Source: an uncultured delta proteobacterium (lineage in GTDB: Bacteria > Desulfobacterota > Desulfobacteria > Desulfobacterales > QNYZ01). From it: DNA of 64,000 bases. Within the stretch, counting starts at the first letter, position 1; every line of letters begins with the position of its first letter. The notes under the pieces are model-generated. The model was not told the origin of the DNA. It worked only from the letters and a program-made list of their open reading frames with translations, and made no database searches. The DNA lies in contig CAWJQU010000001.1 in NCBI GenBank assembly GCA_963845145.1, positions 352,088-416,087 on the forward strand, read 5' to 3'. Made by a program: the position numbers and the translations under genes. Of this stretch, positions 52,964 to 61,025 are shown piece by piece.

Positions 52964-53887
52964 TTGGACGCGGATTCAAAACAATCATTTCAGGAACTAC
53001 CGGTCAACGGTAACGGATTGCATGCGAACCAGAGAACGTTGAAAAAAGCGGTTCATTGCACGGGCACCGGTATCCATTCCGGCCAAACGGTTCATATGAC
53101 CATTAATCCGGCCCCAGTTAATCACGGCATCAAATTTGTCCGCATTGATCTTCCCGATCAACCGATGATCGGCGCCCATTTCCGAAATGTGATCGATACC
53201 AGCTTGGCCACGGTCATCGGGCAAGACGGGTTTATCCTTTCCACCATCGAGCATCTGATGGCCAGTTTTTACGGGATGGGTATCGATAATGCCCGGGTGG
53301 AAGTCGATGCCCACGAAATCCCGATCATGGATGGCAGCGCCTATCCTTTTGCGGGATTACTTCGCTCCGCCGGCGTCGAAGTCCAGGATGGTCCTCGATA
53401 TTACTTCAAGGTAAAAGAGAAAATCATCATTTCCGATAATGACCGCTCCGTCGCCGTTTACCCATCTGATCAATTTAAAGTTACCTGTAGTATCGCCTTC
53501 GATCACCCCCTGATCAATGAACAGTCCTTATCGGTGACCATTAGCAACGGGACTTTTGAGAAAGAGATCAGCAGGGCACGGACATTTGGGTTTTACAGCG
53601 ATTATGAGCAAATGAAAAAATACGGATTATCCCAAGGCTGCTCGCTGGATAATGTGGTCGTTATTAAGGATAAAACGGTGATGAACGAGGGTGGATTACG
53701 ATACAAAGACGAGTTTGTGCGACACAAAATTTTAGATTGTCTGGGTGATTTTTCTCTATTGGGCATGCCGCTATTGGGCCATATCGTCACCCATAAAACC
53801 GGGCATGCTATGAACCACATCTTTTTGGAAAAATTTTTATCGGAAAAGCAGTGCTGGGACACCCATGTTGTTTCTCCCTGCCATTAA
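52964..53887 (+). CDS. lpxC: UDP-3-O-acyl-N-acetylglucosamine deacetylase
   Basis: QRTL..GTGIHSG, TIEHLMA, PIMDGSA, ARTFGF, RHKILD..GD, GHAMN. Confidence 0.96.
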   Translation: MDADSKQSFQELPVNGNGLHANQRTLKKAVHCTGTGIHSGQTVHMTINPAPVNHGIKFVRIDLPDQPMIGAHFRNVIDTSLATVIGQDGFILSTIEHLMASFYGMGIDNARVEVDAHEIPIMDGSAYPFAGLLRSAGVEVQDGPRYYFKVKEKIIISDNDRSVAVYPSDQFKVTCSIAFDHPLINEQSLSVTISNGTFEKEISRARTFGFYSDYEQMKKYGLSQGCSLDNVVVIKDKTVMNEGGLRYKDEFVRHKILDCLGDFSLLGMPLLGHIVTHKTGHAMNHIFLEKFLSEKQCWDTHVVSPCH

Positions 53888-53935
53888 ACCCCGGCGAGGC
53901 CCTGCACGCCACCAAATCTTAGAAATAAACATTTC

Positions 53936-54496
53936 ATGGTGAATAAAAACACCTTCATCGTCAGCCTGCCAAACGTGATCACGGTTATTCGTATTTTACT
54001 CACGCCGCTTTTCGTTATTTTCCTCCAAGCCGGGTTGCACCTGTATGCCCTGTTGGTTTTTGTGGTTGCCGCTGTTTCCGATGGCCTCGACGGCTTCCTG
54101 GCGCGCTATTTCGATCAGCGCACCGAGCTGGGCGCTTACCTGGACCCGCTGGCCGACAAATTACTTTTGATCACAGCGTTTATCGGCATGGGGGTGTTGG
54201 GATATATCCCCGTCTGGCTGGCAGTGATTGTCATCAGCCGCGATGTGCTCATTCTTCTGGGCATTGCCATCTTCACCATCACCAAAATAGAATTTGAAAT
54301 CGACCCCAGCATCTGGAGCAAAATGACCACATGCACCCAGCTTTTCACGATCTGCCTGGTGCTGTTGTCACCCCTGGTATCCGTCCCGGAGAGTGCCCAG
54401 ACGGTTTTTTTCTTTTTGACCGCAGGCATCACGGTTATATCCGGCGGCCATTACCTTCTCGTCGGCCTGAAGATTCTTGACAACAAGATGGATTAA
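53936..54496 (+). CDS. CDP-alcohol phosphatidyltransferase (PgsA-like)
   Basis: PNVITVIR, SDGLDGFLAR..GAYLDPLADK. Confidence 0.93.
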   Translation: MVNKNTFIVSLPNVITVIRILLTPLFVIFLQAGLHLYALLVFVVAAVSDGLDGFLARYFDQRTELGAYLDPLADKLLLITAFIGMGVLGYIPVWLAVIVISRDVLILLGIAIFTITKIEFEIDPSIWSKMTTCTQLFTICLVLLSPLVSVPESAQTVFFFLTAGITVISGGHYLLVGLKILDNKMD

Positions 54497-54617
54497 GCCG
54501 GGATATTTTAAAGCTGAAGCGAGGCACCCAAGGGCTGGTATTCGTCCATTTTTCCATTTTTCTTGACAGCCATTTAATCAGATGGTATCGATTCCGGCAG
54601 TTTTTCAAAGATTATAC

Positions 54618-54692
54618 AGGCACGTAGCTCAGGGGGAGAGCGCTACCCTGACACGGTAGAAGTCGAGAGTTCAAATCTCTCCGTGCCTACCA
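54618..54692 (+). tRNA. tRNA-Val(GAC)
   Basis: Full cloverleaf: AGGCACG/CGTGCCT acceptor, GCTC/GAGC D stem, CTACC-CTGACAC-GGTAG anticodon arm, TTCAAAT T loop, encoded CCA. Confidence 0.97.
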
Positions 54693-54699
54693 GTAATAT

Positions 54700-54732
54700 A
54701 AAGGAGTTAGCGGATTCCGTAAGTCCTTTTTT
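54700..54732 (+). terminator. Hairpin plus T-tract after the tRNA
   Basis: AAAGGAGTTAGCGGA-T-TCCGTAAGTCCTTT followed by Ts. Confidence 0.55.
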
Positions 54733-54969
54733 CTTTCTGGTCAACATTTACGAATTATGATGTGAGGGGGCACGATAAATAAGAAATTTGATTTTAGGGG
54801 ATTGTGGGCGCTGGATGTGAGCTATGTATGCGACTTTTCAAGGGGTTATGAGCAAAGGAATTAAAAAAGAGGGCGTTGATTTTTAAAATAAGAAATTTGG
54901 TGGATTTGGCCCGATTTGGCCTTTTTTTTGCACGATAAATAAGAAAATTGAAGGGTGTTTCAAGTAAAG

Positions 54970-55060
54970 AAATGACGACCTGCATCACCAGCGACCCACC
55001 CAAACTATCCGCGTCAGCGCCGCCATGCTTCTTGCCGTCTGGTAAATGCTTTTGTTGGGC
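54970..55060 (-). other. attC integron recombination site (R' degenerate)
   Basis: Minus strand GCCCAAC-N5-CATTTACC-AGACG...CGCT-GGTGATG-N6-GTCATTT; canonical spacing with two extrahelical bases; 7 nt after the stop codon. Confidence 0.7.
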
Positions 55061-55067
55061 ATTTTTT

Positions 55068-56633
55068 CTATTCTAAATATTCTTGAATTGCAGAAATAAC
55101 ACCTGAAAATTCTGATTCAATTTTCACTGACAACCAGTTTGCTACCGTACCCTTTACATAGTCAATATCTAAAGACAGGCTTTTGCTCAAACTGTATAAC
55201 TCATTATGTTTTTCTACCGTCAGCGCCTCCTCTACATATGTTTCAAGTTCGTCTTCAGAACATTTTAACAAGTCAGCCAAATCTTCAGTATCCAGATCTC
55301 TTAATTGTTCCATAATCCATTTTTCAGGCCACGTGCCGCCAGGTAGGAAATAAAGTCTTTCCTGAAACCAATTTTTCTCCTTCTCTTCATCCTTGCTATA
55401 CTCCAATGCCTTCATAAAATTGGACAAATGTGTACTTGTTGAGGACGACTGGTCTCCATCTAAAATAGTTATGCACTCTGAAGATTTTGAGTCCTTATAT
55501 TTAGCGGCCATTTGCCTGGCTATAGCAACTGGCGAACCAATTGGTAAAATTGAGACTCTATTTCTAAGTTCATTATCGAGGGAAGACTCAATGATTGTGT
55601 TTGCAATACCATCTTCTACGAAAATATCTAATTCGTTACTATCTTCTCCCGCCAATTTCCCAGCAGCATATTTGACAGATATTCCAGGGGTTATAATTGG
55701 TTTTTTTGCAAAATTTTCTATATAATATCTGCCTTCTGGAGGAATAGATTCGAGGACTGCAGGAGAGTGAGTTGTGCAAATGACTTGTATGGATCTTTTT
55801 CTACATAGTTTTTTTAATTCGAGTATTAATTTTTTTTGTGCCTTTTCGTGAAGACCGAGTTCTATTTCGTCAATTACCAGTAGTGTGCCTGGAGGGCTGC
55901 CATAAACAATTGTAAAAATTTCGAATAATGCATTTTCACCAGCCCCCATATTGAAACCCGAGTAAACATTTCCTTTTGATGCAACTAAAGGTAATCTGTA
56001 TTTGCTATGAGTTTTCAACCAATACGCTTCATATGAAGTTCCAAGGATTCTACCAACAACTTTCTTGAGGTCATCTTCCCATCCATCTGACGCACCTACC
56101 TTGAAATATGTTCGATAACTTTTCGAGACACTTTTTTCTGAGTGAGGCACAACTCGCTGAATACCTAAGAAAACAACGTTCCTGATTACACGGCTTGAAT
56201 AATTAGTCCACTTGCCCCCTTTTTTCTTTTGTCTCTTTTGATATAAATTGCCGGTGCCTGTAGGGTTACTTTTTGTTTTTCTCCAATTGTCATGTCTGAA
56301 TCGATACCAAATTTCAATGCCTTCAGGAGGTACTTCTTCTGAAGTTTGAAGAAAAAAATCTGAAAATGTGTAATAGGATGTTTTTCTTTCAGACAACTGG
56401 AAGCCATTTTTTCCGTTATGAAATGCACATGCCGCTAAAGCCAAAATTGTTGATTTTCCAGAACCATTTTTTCCTGCTATTACTGAAATTGGGTAGTCAA
56501 ACTGTAGAAAAAAATGGTGCAAACCTCTCAAGTTTCCTTTCCTAATGTCAATTTCTGTTAGGGTTGCTTTTGACATGTCTTTAGCAAACCATTTCAGATT
56601 GTCGTTATCCAATTTCGAATATTTGTATTTCAT
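55068..56633 (-). CDS. ABC/AAA ATPase fused to TOPRIM-like domain (OLD-like), candidate defence protein
   Basis: GKNGSGKST, NMGAGE signature, IDEIELGLH, TTHS; then FVEDG and ILDGD acidic motifs. Confidence 0.82.
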   Translation of the reverse strand: MKYKYSKLDNDNLKWFAKDMSKATLTEIDIRKGNLRGLHHFFLQFDYPISVIAGKNGSGKSTILALAACAFHNGKNGFQLSERKTSYYTFSDFFLQTSEEVPPEGIEIWYRFRHDNWRKTKSNPTGTGNLYQKRQKKKGGKWTNYSSRVIRNVVFLGIQRVVPHSEKSVSKSYRTYFKVGASDGWEDDLKKVVGRILGTSYEAYWLKTHSKYRLPLVASKGNVYSGFNMGAGENALFEIFTIVYGSPPGTLLVIDEIELGLHEKAQKKLILELKKLCRKRSIQVICTTHSPAVLESIPPEGRYYIENFAKKPIITPGISVKYAAGKLAGEDSNELDIFVEDGIANTIIESSLDNELRNRVSILPIGSPVAIARQMAAKYKDSKSSECITILDGDQSSSTSTHLSNFMKALEYSKDEEKEKNWFQERLYFLPGGTWPEKWIMEQLRDLDTEDLADLLKCSEDELETYVEEALTVEKHNELYSLSKSLSLDIDYVKGTVANWLSVKIESEFSGVISAIQEYLE

Positions 56634-56810
56634 GATTTATCTTTTGTACCCAACATTCAATAGACGTCTATTTAATACCCTATATGGGATAAAAGTTTGC
56701 TATTTTAGATATTTGACTGTTGAAGGGATCGTATTGTCGATTCCTCAACTTGGCGAAAATGAGCTTCTAAATACCTGGCCGTTTTTCGGCACAATAAATA
56801 GGAAAAAGGG

Positions 56811-57245
56811 TTAACTATCATGATCGTTGTCGCTTTTTTTATCTGTTAATAGTTCCGGAAATATAATTTTAATAAATTCTTTCTCTTCTGTAATGCTCCT
56901 ACCTTTCATCGTTATTTTTTTACCACCCTTTTCAATGGTGATTTCTCTTGATGAGTTTCTGGAAAGATATTTGCCTATACATTGAAAAAGAGACTGGATA
57001 GAAACGGCAAGTGCACCAGCAGAAAAAGAAACTAATATCGCTGGGATCTCAAGTTCGGGACCTCCAGCCTCAGAACCATGAAATTTAGCAACCTCATAAA
57101 CATCTGATGGAATATATAGAATAGAGTCTGCAAACTCCCAAAATTCTTGCAGCTCAGAAGGATAGGGTTCATATTCCTCAATATCGGGCACAACAATATT
57201 GAAATAATCAGTCGCCATTTTAATAATAAGTTTGGTTGAATCCAT
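56811..57245 (-). CDS. Hypothetical protein with EACC1-like C-terminal domain
   Basis: Hydrophobic AILVSFSAGALAVSI helix followed by YLSR..REITIEKGGKKITMKG.S..EE. Confidence 0.5.
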   Translation of the reverse strand: MDSTKLIIKMATDYFNIVVPDIEEYEPYPSELQEFWEFADSILYIPSDVYEVAKFHGSEAGGPELEIPAILVSFSAGALAVSIQSLFQCIGKYLSRNSSREITIEKGGKKITMKGRSITEEKEFIKIIFPELLTDKKSDNDHDS

Positions 57246-57383
57246 GATTACTCTTTTCTATGTGTTTAACATTATAATTAAAAATACTCCTTAATCTCAT
57301 ATCGGGATAATATTTTGCTGTCTTAGCCATTTGGCTGTCGAGAGGGACCCTGTTTTTGGAGTTGCACCATGAGCCATAATCTC

Positions 57384-58094
57384 TCATTTTTCATTTTCTT
57401 CAACATGCCGTGCTTCGGAAAGCGCAGAAGCCAGTAAGCCTGTTGGCACAGCCACAATCCCCAGACCCACCATTAAAATAAAAAATGTAAATACTCGTCC
57501 CCCGGCTGTGACTGGGTAAACATCTCCGTATCCAACTGTCGTAAGTGTTGCGACGGCCCACCACAGGCTGTGAAAAATTGAACTGAATTGTTCAGGTTGA
57601 GCCTCGTTTTCAAAATAATAGATACCCACAGCCGACAAAAATAATAAGAGCAGTGTGACACAAAAAAATAATACGAGTTCCTCGCGAGCCAAGACAAACG
57701 CTTTATAGAACCGCTGAATAGCTCGACTGTATCTAAAGAGCTTGAATGCCCTAAATAAGCGCAGAAGCCTCAAAATCCGAATAGATCTCAGGTCAACACC
57801 AGTAGAAAGATAAAACGGTAGAATCGCCAATAGATCGATTATACCGTAAAAACTGAAAATGAGATGTAATTTTTTGTCTGCAACAACGATTCGTAACACA
57901 TATTCGATTGAAAAAATTACAACAGTAAAAACTTCAATATATCTTAGAAAATGTTTGTGAGATGGTGCAAGATTGGGGAGTGTTTCAATAGAAAACGATA
58001 CGAGTGAAATTATGATAAGGGCTTGAATTGAAAGGTCAAAAGTACGCCCTGATTTGGTGTTGTTATCTTCTATTATATTTTTTATTGAGACCAT
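57384..58094 (-). CDS. 6-TM voltage-gated potassium channel
   Basis: S4 RSIRILRLLRLFRAFKLFR; selectivity filter TTVGYGD. Confidence 0.93.
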   Translation of the reverse strand: MVSIKNIIEDNNTKSGRTFDLSIQALIIISLVSFSIETLPNLAPSHKHFLRYIEVFTVVIFSIEYVLRIVVADKKLHLIFSFYGIIDLLAILPFYLSTGVDLRSIRILRLLRLFRAFKLFRYSRAIQRFYKAFVLAREELVLFFCVTLLLLFLSAVGIYYFENEAQPEQFSSIFHSLWWAVATLTTVGYGDVYPVTAGGRVFTFFILMVGLGIVAVPTGLLASALSEARHVEENEK

Positions 58095-58334
58095 ACCTAC
58101 AAGGTATCCAGAATCTGAGAAATAATCGCCGAATCTATAACAATTAATTAAAATAAGCAGGGTGTTAGTTTTTTCAGATTTAAAACAACAGTGGTCATTT
58201 ACTGGTAGAATTATTTATCGGCACCTCCTATTTATTATTGGAATCGTCATATGCGGTTTCTACGAGCCTTAGCATTCGATCTTCTTTTCTACGGTCTCTT
58301 ACCCTTCGTTCCTGGAATGGGCCGGCAGCACGGT

Positions 58335-58645
58335 TTATGCGGCATTGTTGCCAGTATTTTTAAAACTTTCGATCCTGCTCAATCTCTCTTTTAATTCATT
58401 GTTTTCATTGGTCACACTTTCCAGCTTTTCGCGCAGCAATTCAATGTAATGATTCTGATTCTCGACCGACATTTCTTCCTCCGATTCAGGGCTGCAATTA
58501 GATATAGATACGTCTCTCTCCTCTACGGGATAATTCTCTCCTGTTAGCAACCAATCGATGGAACATTTTAGGGCTTTGGCCAGTCGTATCGGATAATCGC
58601 CATAAAGAGTGCCCGTTAATGCTGGAGATATTTGTAAACCAATTA
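58335..58645 (-). pseudogene. XRE/CI-like repressor remnant
   Basis: Frame upstream of the 58550 ORF reads IRLAKALKCSIDWLLTGE, the end of an XRE HTH; N-terminus lost; coiled-coil tail. Confidence 0.55.
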
Positions 58646-59740
58646 TTTTTTATAGTCAATGTCCATAGTTACGTCTTTTTTTGGACGATTTCTACGGGAT
58701 CAGGGGACATGTTCCGCCAGACCCAAGGCGGACGAGCCCCGCCACCCCGCCACAGCGACAGGCGGATTATGAAATCAACGGCGGATAAAAAAGGTGAGCA
58801 TGGACCCAAACAGATGTCACTATTCAACGCGCCCTCCTTCCATATTTCCCGAACATCAAAGGGAAAGGAACTGATGGTCACCAATCATTAGCCCATAAAA
58901 CTAGCAAAACAGAGCCTGTCGAGACCGTTTCTTCGCCGGCAGACGGAATTGACCTTATAGTTATTAAATAAAAGTTTTGCTTGACCTTACAATCCCCAGC
59001 TATGATATCTGTATTATTAATGAAAATTGTATGTTCTCAATTTATGTCGCGGGTTTTGTTATGTTGTGGGAATTCAGCTTATTTCATTCATTTTCTTCTT
59101 TCTAATACTAAAAAAGTTTGTCATTCTTTTAATTCCTTTCTAAGCCACCTGACTCCGTGGTATAATATTTCAACGGGAGAAAGGGACAAGTAATAAGGAA
59201 AAAATCCTTTATCCCTTGCTGTTTGAAAAGCTGTGTTTAGTGGGCTTTAGGCTAAAGGAGAAGCAATTCTCATGGAACTCGACCCCAGGATTGAAAGGAA
59301 AACCGGAAGTCCTATTAAAGGGCCTTACCACTTTGTTAAGATGGTTTGGAGTTCAACCGCAGGGGTGTCCTGCCTGGTTGGAATTATGTTGCGAACAAAT
59401 ATAACAAATGTGTAATTAATTTTGTAACCTATTTTTATTGTTCGGAATAATGAAATATTTGGCATTCGTTAAAAATCACTACAATTTCAATAGGATAGGA
59501 GCACTCGCAACATAACTCAATCTATCTGTATATCCCAAATATGGGCAATTCGGGAATGTCATCACAACCCGACGGGCACTTCACTGGAAAACAATGTATT
59601 GTGGCGGCCGGGGTTTGATATTCAATTTGACAAGTTTTCTCTTTGCTTCGTAACCGTTTCTTGCCTCAGCAGAATAATTTAAGGCATCAAATGTTTTTCC
59701 GATAATTGTATAAACCGTATAGAGCAGACGGGAGGAAGTT

Positions 59741-60334
59741 GTGATCATCAAGGGATTGATTGTTTCAGCGTTACTGTTATGCTTGCTTTCCTCATCACTT
59801 GGATTTGCACAAAACAAGGTGGTAGTGATACCGCTTATGGAAGAGGTTCGATGGAAGTGCGAGGGCACCCTTTCGTCAGGTGGCCGTTGGTGCAATCAGG
59901 GCAATGGTACGGTGCTGGATATGACCACAGGATTGGTGTGGCTAAAAAACGCGGGTTGGGGCGGTTCTAAACCGTGGAGAAATAGTTCTTCGGACTGTGG
60001 CGGAGCCAGTCCACCCTGTTACGATGATGCACATACCCGAGCGGGCTGGTTAAAACATGGGTCGGCGGATGCAGAATTGAGCGACGGGTCTCAGCTCGGC
60101 GAGTGGCGATTGCCTACACGTTTGGAACTCTTGGCGTTGGCATCTGGCCCGGAGGCATTAGTAGTTGGCGGAGATCATCCGTTCGAGCAGTTTTTTAGTT
60201 TTAGCGAATATTGGACGAGCACCACGACAGCGGTCAATTACCAAGCTTACGCTGTGAACGTTGTAAATGGGACGGAAGAAGATATCCCGAAGCCAAACCA
60301 TGCTATGGTCTGGCCCGTGCGACCCACTCATTGA
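59741..60334 (+). CDS. Secreted DUF1566 (Lcl, C-type-lectin fold) protein
   Basis: Signal peptide; GNGTVLDMTTGLVW, WRLPTRLEL, YWTSTT, terminal VWPVR. Confidence 0.88.
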   Translation: MIIKGLIVSALLLCLLSSSLGFAQNKVVVIPLMEEVRWKCEGTLSSGGRWCNQGNGTVLDMTTGLVWLKNAGWGGSKPWRNSSSDCGGASPPCYDDAHTRAGWLKHGSADAELSDGSQLGEWRLPTRLELLALASGPEALVVGGDHPFEQFFSFSEYWTSTTTAVNYQAYAVNVVNGTEEDIPKPNHAMVWPVRPTH

Positions 60335-60494
60335 CGCTTGTCGGCATTTGAGTTATTTGGTTATGTAAGTGAGGAGGTAAAGATGGACCTATTTCCTGTT
60401 TTCGGTTGTAGAAATGAAGCGTTCGCCGAGGGTGCGATGCCCTGAAGGATTTTTTAGTATACTTGAACACATTCAGTCTTAAACCGCCCCATAA

Positions 60495-60689
60495 CTATTG
60501 GATACATCGCCGAACATACAGCCCAATGCAAACCATGCCCGCACCTTGCTTATAAGGCAGGGTAATACGTTCTTTGAAGCGTTCAATGGTTTGATGAGCC
60601 ACTGATAGAGAACCGGGTTCAAAACGATAGCCAAGGAAGTCGAAGCCTCGCTCGGTTCTGACGATCAGCGTTTTATCAGGGTACTGTTC
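60495..60689 (-). pseudogene. Reverse transcriptase C-terminal fragment (motif 6/7 and thumb)
   Basis: EQYPDKTLIVRTERGFDFLGYRF..VAHQTIERFKERI..YKQGA..IGLYVRR; no start codon and no YxDD region. Confidence 0.72.
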
Positions 60690-61025
60690 TTCAGATAACG
60701 TGAAAACAGATGGGCATATCTACAACCAATTCTGCCAGCCAAATTCTCAGCTCCAACAATCCGGTAAATATCAAGTCCCCGAAAAATTACTGATGTTCGA
60801 AAATAATCACAACAGGCCAAATCTTGCATTGATCGCATTTTTCGTGGTACTTTGGGGATGTCCAAAGCATATCGGCATAAAATTCAATAATTCCGGCTAT
60901 TAATGTGTTCTCAATCACCACCTACAGAAGTCTTTAATATTATTTGAAAAAATACGTTTAATAGAATATAGACGAATTATTCCTATTCTGAACCTCCCCA
61001 TCTAAACCTCAACAGGGGTGTCGTT

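Larger units (their letters stand above)
54770..56806 (+). repeat. Dispersed direct repeat GCACRATAAATARGAAA (3 copies)
   Basis: Copies at 54770-54786, 54930-54946 and 56789-56805. Confidence 0.75.

Noticed and set aside
54770..56806. CRISPR array from the 17-bp repeats
   Set aside because: Spacing is irregular (160 bp and about 1.86 kb) and no cas genes are present.
55068..60689. Retron made of the ATPase-TOPRIM gene and the RT fragment
   Set aside because: They are about 3.9 kb apart with unrelated genes between; the RT has FLGY rather than the retron VTG motif, and no msr-msd is evident.
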